Source of the DNA: Oculatellaceae cyanobacterium bins.114
GTDB lineage: Bacteria > Cyanobacteriota > Cyanobacteriia > Elainellales > Elainellaceae
Assembly: GCA_033764315.1 (NCBI GenBank)
Contig: JANRJA010000128.1
Location: 1-31,937, forward strand
Length of the DNA stretch: 31,937 nt
Reading direction: 5' to 3'
Positions within the stretch are counted from its first letter, which is position 1, and each line of letters starts with the position of its first letter. Position numbers and translations under genes: made by a program. The notes beneath the pieces were generated by a model. The model was not told the DNA's origin. It worked only from the letters and a program-made list of their open reading frames with translations, and ran no database searches. Positions 9,232 to 16,127 of the stretch are shown here, piece by piece.

Positions 9232-9287
9232 GGTCTATTCTCTGGAAATGGCACTCTGACAACTATCTGTTTCTTGCGGTGTAATTT
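9232..9287 (-). promoter_or_regulatory. Ada box with a putative Ada-activated promoter
   Basis: Minus strand AAATTACACCGCAAGA (9287-9272) fits AAT-N6-GCAA and matches 14/16 of the E. coli ada operator AAATTAAAGCGCAAGA as recalled. It is followed by TTGTCA (9262-9257), 19 nt, then TAGACC (9237-9232). Confidence 0.72.
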
Positions 9288-9381
9288 GATAGGCAGAAGA
9301 GTCAAGGGGGAGTGGGGTAAAAGGTTAATTGGAAAGGCGATACAGTAGAGACAAGTTGGTTTAGTAGTTGCAATCAGTTCT

Positions 9382-10158
9382 ATGTCTCTAGCCAAACCCT
9401 ACGTTGAACAAACCGACCCGCCGCGCTCTCCAAGAGAGACACTACCGACGATGTATGATCTTCCCTGTGAAGATCCCAACGAACCCGGTTTGCCTGACGA
9501 ATATCACTACCTTCAACCGCAGTTTCTCAGTGCTACGTTTCGACTGAGTGACTACGCAGCTGACCAAATCTTCACCACTGGAGATATGAATCTCTACTAT
9601 GACGTGCGTCATCCTCTCTGGCACAAACGCCCCGATTGGTTTGCGGTGGTGGGTGTCCCTCGTTTGTATGACCAGCAAGATTTGCGTCTGAGTTATGTGA
9701 TGTGGCAGGAGGGTGTTAGCCCCAGCATAATTGTGGAACTGCTCTCACCGGGTACGGAGGATGAAGATTTAGGGAGAACCGAGCGAGAAACAGAGTCTCG
9801 ACCTCCGACCAAATGGCAAGTCTACGAGCAAATCTTGCGGGTGCCCTACTATGTCGTGTTCAACCGATATACTGATGAACTGCGTGCCTTTACGCTGGTT
9901 TCGGGGCAATATCAAGCCATGAATTTGGCTGAATCTCGTATTTGGATGCCCATGCTTAATATTGGTCTAGGGCTGTGGCAAGGTGAAGAACGAGGCATTA
10001 CTCGCCAGTGGCTCCGTTGGTATGATGCAGAGGGTAATTGGATTCCAACAGAGACAGAACGGGCACAGCAAAGGGCAGAGCAGGCACAGCAAAGGGTAGA
10101 CCAGTTGGCTGAGCGGTTGCGATCGCTCGGTATTGACCCCGATGCAATTGGCGAATAG
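9382..10158 (+). CDS. Uma2 (DUF820) PD-(D/E)xK-like putative endonuclease
   Basis: LPTMYDLP..EPGLPDEYH, KRPDWF, LRLSYVMWQEG, IVELLSPGT, KWQVYEQILRVPYY, WLRWYD and a C-terminal coiled coil ending LRSLGIDP. Confidence 0.92.
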   Translation: MSLAKPYVEQTDPPRSPRETLPTMYDLPCEDPNEPGLPDEYHYLQPQFLSATFRLSDYAADQIFTTGDMNLYYDVRHPLWHKRPDWFAVVGVPRLYDQQDLRLSYVMWQEGVSPSIIVELLSPGTEDEDLGRTERETESRPPTKWQVYEQILRVPYYVVFNRYTDELRAFTLVSGQYQAMNLAESRIWMPMLNIGLGLWQGEERGITRQWLRWYDAEGNWIPTETERAQQRAEQAQQRVDQLAERLRSLGIDPDAIGE

Positions 10159-10164
10159 AGTTCC

Positions 10165-10497
10165 TTATAAAGATGCTAACTCCCGCTCTGTATCCAAGTT
10201 TTCGTTGCAGCGGATGCCTTCGCGAATAACCGCATTTCTCTCAGTATCAGTCGGGTTGCATCCAGGGCATTGACTGGGATGATCACACTGATGACATCCT
10301 CTTAAAAAGCGTTCCATATCTTCGCAATCAAACGCAACTTCACCATCAGAACAGCGATAACAATAAATTTCAAAATCATCCACTTTTAAGACGCCACGAT
10401 GAGTGACGTATACTTCTGATGTCGTGTTATTAGACTCTGGCGTTTCAATAGGTTCCCAGGTCAAACTATCCAGCAATTTATTCAGAAGTTCCGTCAT
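10165..10497 (-). CDS. Hypothetical 110-aa protein with a phage P63C-N-terminus-like segment and a CxxC-x5-CxxC motif
   Basis: ATG 10497 with GAGG upstream; contains VTHRGVLKVDDFEIYCYRCSDGEVAFD and CHQCDHPSQCPGC. Confidence 0.6.
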   Translation of the reverse strand: MTELLNKLLDSLTWEPIETPESNNTTSEVYVTHRGVLKVDDFEIYCYRCSDGEVAFDCEDMERFLRGCHQCDHPSQCPGCNPTDTERNAVIREGIRCNENLDTERELASL

Positions 10498-10578
10498 GCG
10501 ATCGCCTCTGTTTCTTGGGTAAGTGCTCAACACTACTCTACATCTGGTAGAACCAAATGAGTATAATCCCAACGTAGG

Positions 10579-11883
10579 ATGCTTATTCTCCTTCTTACAG
10601 CTGTTCTTGCTTTTTACGTTGCCTGGAACTTAGGAGCCAATGATGTTGCCAACTCAATGGGTACATCCGTTGGGTCAGGGGCGGTCACGCTACGACAGGC
10701 ATTGTTGATCGCCGGGGTGTTAGAGTTTGCGGGGGCGGTGTTATTGGGGCAACGAGTCTCAACGACACTCGCTCAAACAATTGTTGACCCTAATTTGTTT
10801 GCTGCGACACCCAACGACTTTGCATTGGGTATGGTGGCTGCCCTGTTGACCTGTGGCATTTGGCTGCAAATTGCAACGAGTTTTGGGTTGCCTGTGTCTT
10901 CTTCCCATGCCATTGTGGGGGCGATCGCCGGATTTGGATGGGTAGCGGTGGGGGTCAAAGCGGTGCAATGGCAATCGATTGGAGCCATCTCAATCACTTG
11001 GGTGTTGACTCCGTTGGTGAGTGGAGCGATCGCCGCTGGGTTGTATGCTTTAGTGAACCGCTGGATTGTGCAACGACCTCACCCACTGCAACAGTTATAT
11101 GAATGGATTCCCTGGTTGAGCACCGGATTAGTCACCGTCTTTGGGTTGATCGTCTTCCCTGCGATCGCCCAAGCTCTGCCCCTCTCAGACTTGCCGTTAA
11201 TCAATCGGGTCACGTTGCCCAATCACACATGGGCCTTGTTGATGGGGGCGATCGCCAGTAGTGCGCTAACCGTTGCCATGTGGCGCGTAACCACCCGTCA
11301 AATCAACCCAGCCCATTCTCAAACTCTGGTCAGCAAAACTCTCATTCCTTCTGAGCAAGTGATGGCTCGGTTTCAGGTGTTAAGTGCCTGCTTTGTGGCG
11401 TTTGCCCACGGCTCCAATGATGTGGGTAATGCGATCGCTCCGTTGGTAGCGATCGCTCACATTCAAGCGACCGGGAGTGTTCCTCTGAGTAGTCTCACGA
11501 TTCCCTCTTGGATTTTGGTAATAGGAGGTGGGGGGCTTGTCTTTGGGCTTGCGGTTTGGGGCAAAAACGTGATCACAACCATTGGTGAAAACATTACACG
11601 CCTGCAACCCAGCAGTGGCTTTTGTGCAGAGTTGGCAACTGCTACCACCACTCTGACGGCCTCCTACTTGGGGCTTCCGGTTTCAACCTCTCACGCTTTG
11701 GTCGGTGCCGTGGTGGGTATTGGTTTTGTTCAGCGGGCTCAGGCTCCATCCGGTCAGGCCATTCAACTGAAAACGCTACAACAGATTGCACTTGCCTGGT
11801 TTGTCACGATTCCAGCGGCGATTGGGTTATCTGTCATCCTCTTTTCGGGGTTGCGGATGATCCGTTCAATTCAATTTCTTTAA
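10579..11883 (+). CDS. pitA: Inorganic phosphate transporter, PiT family
   Basis: GANDVANSMGTSVGS, LPVSSSH, FAHGSNDVGNAI and GLPVSTSH signature motifs. Confidence 0.93.
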   Translation: MLILLLTAVLAFYVAWNLGANDVANSMGTSVGSGAVTLRQALLIAGVLEFAGAVLLGQRVSTTLAQTIVDPNLFAATPNDFALGMVAALLTCGIWLQIATSFGLPVSSSHAIVGAIAGFGWVAVGVKAVQWQSIGAISITWVLTPLVSGAIAAGLYALVNRWIVQRPHPLQQLYEWIPWLSTGLVTVFGLIVFPAIAQALPLSDLPLINRVTLPNHTWALLMGAIASSALTVAMWRVTTRQINPAHSQTLVSKTLIPSEQVMARFQVLSACFVAFAHGSNDVGNAIAPLVAIAHIQATGSVPLSSLTIPSWILVIGGGGLVFGLAVWGKNVITTIGENITRLQPSSGFCAELATATTTLTASYLGLPVSTSHALVGAVVGIGFVQRAQAPSGQAIQLKTLQQIALAWFVTIPAAIGLSVILFSGLRMIRSIQFL

Positions 11884-11944
11884 AAACTATCCTGATCTCT
11901 TCTACCAATGGAGGAAGAAGGGAATGGTAGATGCACCCTGATTG

Positions 11945-11976
11945 AACCTCTGGCCTCGCGCTAGAGGTTTTTTTTT
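11945..11976 (+). terminator. Rho-independent terminator after the PiT gene
   Basis: AACCTCTGGC-CTCGC-GCTAGAGGTT stem running into a long T tract. Confidence 0.85.
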
Positions 11977-12020
11977 GCAATGGTTTACGCTGGAGTAAAG
12001 CTGGAATAAAACAGGCGCAG

Positions 12021-12455
12021 ATGTTTTTCCAAAACCCAACTTTAACGATGCAAGGCAGATTGCCTCAGCCTATATCCTTGCAAACTTCTCCGGTCTACCA
12101 TATTGACCCTGGAAACCGTCTGAGAACGGCTTTCAACTTAGGTCGATTTCGAGGCAGTTTTCGCTACGACGACTCCGTTGGCAGAAATGACCCTGATTTC
12201 TTTCGGTTTCAACTCACCGATGACAGCACTGTAGCTGTGTGGTGGGCAAACTCGTCTAGCACTGTGATGATTGGGGCGATCGTCAATCGCGATGGACACG
12301 TTGTGCGGCAACAAGGCTTTCCCCTAGCACGACGCATTTTACCTGGCAAAACGGCTAGTTTTTTTGCAAACGATATTCGACCAGGCATTTATTACGTTCG
12401 CATCACGAGCAAAGGCAGAGGTAACGACTATAGTCTTCGGTTGGGGGCACTTTGA
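12021..12455 (+). CDS. Stand-alone PPC (pre-peptidase C-terminal)-like domain protein
   Basis: DPGN..AFNLG, DSVGRNDPDFFRFQL and PGIYYVRI..YSLRL pattern typical of cyanobacterial PPC-like beta-sandwiches; start uncertain. Confidence 0.65.
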   Translation: MFFQNPTLTMQGRLPQPISLQTSPVYHIDPGNRLRTAFNLGRFRGSFRYDDSVGRNDPDFFRFQLTDDSTVAVWWANSSSTVMIGAIVNRDGHVVRQQGFPLARRILPGKTASFFANDIRPGIYYVRITSKGRGNDYSLRLGAL

Positions 12456-12597
12456 GGGCTAAGGGCGATCGCCACTGTCGCTCGTGTTAAGGAACGGTAA
12501 CTTTACGCGATCGCGTCCTATCCTTTCCAGATAGGGTGTCTTACACTCGGTGATAAGTGTCACCCCGTTGAGTTTTGTGTTGAAGTGTTAGAAATCT

Positions 12598-13620
12598 ATG
12601 GTCAGTTCAGCCGTTGAAGTCAATCTCACCTCGTATTTGCATCGTCAAAAACCGTTATTGAATGCGATCGCCATTCTGTATACTTTAGGCAGTTATGTCG
12701 GTAGTATTGCTCTATTGCTATTGCCCAATGGTTGGCTAAATGCTCTAGGAGTGATGCTATTAACTCACAGTTTGGTCTACTCTGCCTATTTAAGTCATGA
12801 GTTTATGCACAGCACCATCTTTGCAGAGCGACGTTGGAATGCTGTTTGGGGGGATGTGATGTTGTGGCTCAATGGCGGGTGTTATGGACGCTTTGATGCT
12901 TTGGCAAAGCGACATATTGGTCATCATGTCAACCGAGTAGACTTTGCCGGGTTTGAGATGTCAGAGGCTCTTCAGCAGATGCCCAAGTGGGTGCGAAACA
13001 GTATTTTGGGGTTGGAGTGGCTTTACTTTCCGGTGATCTCGTTGTGGTTGCAGTGGCGATCGATCACGGCTCCATTTTGGCGGGTCGAGCGGCAGGATGA
13101 GCGATCGCGCGTAGTGGCTATCTTGCTGATTCGTGGAACACTATTTACCCTGTTAGGGTTGGCATCCTTTAAAGCTTTGTTGCTTTATTTTGTGGCATAC
13201 ATTGGCATGATTACAGTGTTGCGTTGGATGGATGCGTTTCAACACACCTATGAAGTGATTCCGATTGATCAGCCTTTGCCAGAACGCGATCGCGCCCACG
13301 AGCAAAATAATACTTTTTCAACTGTGTTGTCGTTGCGCTTTCCCTGGTTAAATCTGTTGCTACTTAACTTTGGTTATCACAATGCTCATCATGAGTTGAT
13401 GAAGTGCCCGTGGCATTCTCTCCCTGAACTCGATCGCGCACTTTTTGCAGGTACAGAAGTTCACTATATTCCACTCTCACAGTTGTTGTGGAACTATCAT
13501 CGCTTTCGGATGACTCGCATTTTTTCAGGTCAAGGAATTGCTGTTGATCAACAACGCAACCCTACTCCAGATACTTTTTATGGCGCAGTTGGAGTTTCGT
13601 TTTTAGTCATCAACTCATAA
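12598..13620 (+). CDS. Membrane fatty acid desaturase family protein
   Basis: His boxes HEFMH, HIGHH, FQH and HNAHH plus hydrophobic segments; substrate unknown. Confidence 0.88.
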   Translation: MVSSAVEVNLTSYLHRQKPLLNAIAILYTLGSYVGSIALLLLPNGWLNALGVMLLTHSLVYSAYLSHEFMHSTIFAERRWNAVWGDVMLWLNGGCYGRFDALAKRHIGHHVNRVDFAGFEMSEALQQMPKWVRNSILGLEWLYFPVISLWLQWRSITAPFWRVERQDERSRVVAILLIRGTLFTLLGLASFKALLLYFVAYIGMITVLRWMDAFQHTYEVIPIDQPLPERDRAHEQNNTFSTVLSLRFPWLNLLLLNFGYHNAHHELMKCPWHSLPELDRALFAGTEVHYIPLSQLLWNYHRFRMTRIFSGQGIAVDQQRNPTPDTFYGAVGVSFLVINS

Positions 13621-13832
13621 ACTGATTCCTTTTGTTGAGGTCAATCGGTGCAGCACAGCATTCGACAAATCACTGTTGCAACCGAAAAATGCTCTCTCTC
13701 CCCAATACTTCACCGAGTATTTCATCCTAAGGGATTTTAAGAGGGTGACTGAGAAGTTTTTGGCAGTTAAAACTGTCACTACAACAACAAAGTCCACCGT
13801 TGCAGACTCAAGCCAATTCAGGCTTTCTGTAA

Positions 13833-13946
13833 TACCAATTCTAGAAATTACTCCTACAGATCACACCCCACCGCCTGTGGCACCTCCCCTTACCAAGGGG
13901 AGGTTGGGAGGGGTCAGATGTGTAGCCTTAAAAAATTGAATTGGTA
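13833..13946. mobile_element. 114-bp MITE-like element with TAA target duplication
   Basis: TAA|TACCAATTC...GAATTGGTA|TAA; inner imperfect IR CTACAGATC/GATGTGTAG; internal palindrome CCTCCCCTT-ACC-AAGGGGAGG. Confidence 0.8.
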
Positions 13947-14021
13947 TAACCCGTAGAGGCAGTTTTGTCTTTGTAGCTCTGCGACTTTAATCGCCAATGC
14001 TGCCTAACGGATAAGGGCGAG

Positions 14022-14225
14022 TTAAGAAGTCTGTTGTTTCTTCCAATCATCCGTGAGGAGCCCTGAAAACCCCCAATTATCTTCTGTAATTTCTTGAATC
14101 ACAATATGAATGTGGTCTGGTTTCTTCCCCAGGATTCGCACGAGTGAATTGGTCACTTCTGTCACGAGTTGGGCTTTTTGCTCTCGCGTTGCGCCTGTTG
14201 TAATTTGAATGTTGACGTAGGGCAT
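14022..14225 (-). CDS. 4-oxalocrotonate tautomerase family protein
   Basis: 67 aa with catalytic Pro after Met (MPYVNIQI) and ATREQKAQLV..IHIVIQEI..NWGFSG pattern. Confidence 0.9.
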   Translation of the reverse strand: MPYVNIQITTGATREQKAQLVTEVTNSLVRILGKKPDHIHIVIQEITEDNWGFSGLLTDDWKKQQTS

Positions 14226-14245
14226 AGTGGATTGTGATAGAAAGC

Positions 14246-14277
14246 AAAAATAAGGGGCGATAGTGGATCGCCCCTTA
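14246..14277 (-). terminator. Rho-independent terminator of the rbp gene
   Basis: TAAGGGGCGAT-N5-ATCGCCCCTTA perfect 11-bp stem followed by TTTTT on the minus strand. Confidence 0.85.
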
Positions 14278-14293
14278 AACGATTAAAAATGAA

Positions 14294-14620
14294 TTAGTAA
14301 CGCTCTGAGGAATATCCTCGGCTGCGGTTGCCCCAGCTATTGCTGCTGCGATCGCCGCCACCACTACGAGGTCTTTCTTCTCGTGCCTTAGCTTTGTTAA
14401 CTTTGAGACTACGTCCCATCCACTCAGCTCCATCTAGTGCCTCGATCGCGGCATCCTCTTCAGTATCGCTAGACATTTCAACGAAACCAAAGCCTCTAGG
14501 ACGACCCGTATCACGGTCAAGGGGTAGATGAACACGACGTACAGAGCCATATTCAGCGAAAACAGTCGTTAAATCCTCTTGCGTAACCTCATAGGATAAA
14601 TTTCCTACGTAAACTGACAT
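14294..14620 (-). CDS. rbpA: RRM RNA-binding protein of the cyanobacterial RbpA family (exact paralog not determined)
   Basis: MSVYVGNLSYEVT (RNP2), RGFGFVEM (RNP1), LDGAEWMGRSLKVNKAK and a Gly/Ser/Arg tail; RBS TTCCGGAGA; start at ATG 14620. Confidence 0.93.
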   Translation of the reverse strand: MSVYVGNLSYEVTQEDLTTVFAEYGSVRRVHLPLDRDTGRPRGFGFVEMSSDTEEDAAIEALDGAEWMGRSLKVNKAKAREERPRSGGGDRSSNSWGNRSRGYSSERY

Positions 14621-14782
14621 GGAATTTCTCCGGAATGATATTGAGAAGGAGTGACCAAAAGCTGGAAGAACGCGTGTCAAAACCAAAAACAAACGCTACA
14701 ACCGATAACCGGAAGGAAGCCTGTTAATGCGCAAAACAAACACTACAACCGAGCCATTGTCTAGAGCACAGTGTAACACTGT
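14621..14782 (-). promoter_or_regulatory. Structured rbp leader/promoter with a duplicated 20-nt box
   Basis: TCGGTTGTAGYGTTTGTTTT occurs twice (14733-14752 and 14686-14705, 19/20 identical); CTTCCGG can pair with the RBS; 7-1-7 palindrome at 14768-14782. Confidence 0.55.
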
Positions 14783-14815
14783 TTCAAAGGGGTGAAATCA
14801 CCCATTTACATGAAA

Positions 14816-15685
14816 TCACTCAGTTTTTGCCACAAACATACCATCTTGATGAACCCAGGCAATGCCATCAGGGTCAAGGTCTTGGCTCCACGCTGGAAAA
14901 TCAACTCGGTCTTTGCGGCGGCTAATTGTGCTGCTGTTGACTCCTAAACGATGTGCCAAATCTCGTCCTGAGATTGGTTCACTTAAATCAAGATCATCAA
15001 TCAGATCAAGATACATCTGCCACAACATCAGCACACTGACAAAAATAATCAGCACGATCGCCTCTGGGCGGCGCAGCCAATCAGCCGTTTCGGTGGATTG
15101 GACAAAATCTTCGGGGGGTTGAGAGGAGTTTGAAACCAAATCAGCAGAGGAGACAGCATCTGTTAGAGACAGTGGGTCTGCGGATGGGGTGGTTTCTAAA
15201 GCGGTTGAGTCAAGCGGTTGAACGGGTGTCGGCACAGCGGGTGTTGAGGTTACAGAAGGGTTTGTAGACGATGCTAAATCAAAATCAGATTTTAGCGTTG
15301 ATGAGGAGCCGGAAACTGCCATTGATGATTCAGCCGATCGCAAATTGCTGGAGTGGGATGAATCTAGAGTAGACCGGGTTGGCTCATTCTCCCAAGTTAG
15401 CGAAATTTCTTGATTCCAGGCGATCGCTTTTTGTCCCAATTGCCGTCCGTAGACTTTAAGCGTTGAGATCGCTTCTACTTGAAGGGTGTTAATACTTTTC
15501 TCTAAAAACGCGACGACACCTTGAGGGTTCAGGGTGTGCGGCGACTCTAACAAAATGTGCAAACAGCGATCGCGTTTAGCGACATGGGCTTTGATGCCCT
15601 TAGCCCCAACGACTTGATTTAAGAGGGTAGCAATCACATAAGGATCACCCTGCCGTGCTAGTGTCAACATGTCTGGTGCAACCAT
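14816..15685 (-). CDS. Hypothetical single-pass membrane protein with a cyanobacterial ARQGD-type N-terminal domain and a C-terminal HTH-like domain
   Basis: ARQGDPYVIATLLNQ..LHILLES..VYGRQLG, Ser/Pro/Thr linker, TM segment IVLIIFVSVLMLW, and GRDLAHRLGVNSSTISRRK..DPDGIAW. Confidence 0.75.
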   Translation of the reverse strand: MVAPDMLTLARQGDPYVIATLLNQVVGAKGIKAHVAKRDRCLHILLESPHTLNPQGVVAFLEKSINTLQVEAISTLKVYGRQLGQKAIAWNQEISLTWENEPTRSTLDSSHSSNLRSAESSMAVSGSSSTLKSDFDLASSTNPSVTSTPAVPTPVQPLDSTALETTPSADPLSLTDAVSSADLVSNSSQPPEDFVQSTETADWLRRPEAIVLIIFVSVLMLWQMYLDLIDDLDLSEPISGRDLAHRLGVNSSTISRRKDRVDFPAWSQDLDPDGIAWVHQDGMFVAKTE

Positions 15686-15842
15686 GACTGCAATTTTTAA
15701 CCCGCTAATTGATCAGTTCTAGAATCAGCACAATTTTTTCCACCCATGATCCCTGCCATATTTTAGGCTCAATTTCGATCATAAACCCTGCTCAAGCGTC
15801 ATTAGTCAATCGGTAGGCATAGTGAATCAGGGAGTGAGCTAA

Positions 15843-15962
15843 GTACAACTCGTCGCAAATAGGGGTGGGAATTTGGGGTGCAGGGGTGAAATCCCTGGCT
15901 GGGGGCGCAGCCCCCACACCCCCTTGGTTTTATTTCCGAACCCTATCTGTGAAAAGCAGTAC
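15843..15962. mobile_element. 120-bp MITE-like element with TAA target duplication
   Basis: TAA|GTACAACTCGTCGCAAATAGGG...CCCTATCTGTGAAAAGCAGTAC|TAA imperfect TIRs; internal hairpins CAGGGG-TGAAA-TCCCTG and TGGGGGC-GCA-GCCCCCA. Confidence 0.72.
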
Positions 15963-16127
15963 TAAGTGCGGGTCGGTTGAGTCTGCTCAGCCTGAGTGCT
16001 GAGCAATTGCCTGTCATCTATTTACCCTCTACTTCCTGCCTTGATTACTTGCAGTCGTTGAACTGCACCGTTATATTTTCTCTAGTCGCTGTTGAATGCA
16101 TTATTTGCCCCTCCCTCTGAAAATGAA

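Noticed and set aside
10062..10103. 21-nt duplication at the Uma2 3' end
   Set aside because: It encodes the ordinary variable-length coiled-coil tail (AQQRAEQ) common in this family.
12534..12564. Tandem mini-hairpins upstream of the desaturase (guanidine-II-like)
   Set aside because: The loops lack the ACGR tetraloop, and such short stems are compatible with chance or an operator.
13615..13939. ORFs 13615-13797 (-) and 13676-13939 (+)
   Set aside because: No recognisable motifs; the plus-strand ORF reads through the MITE, and removing the MITE does not restore a longer gene.
14256..14271. Split HIP1 (GCGAT-AGTGG-ATCGC) as another SDR-like insertion
   Set aside because: Too short, and fully explained as the stem-loop of the rbp terminator.
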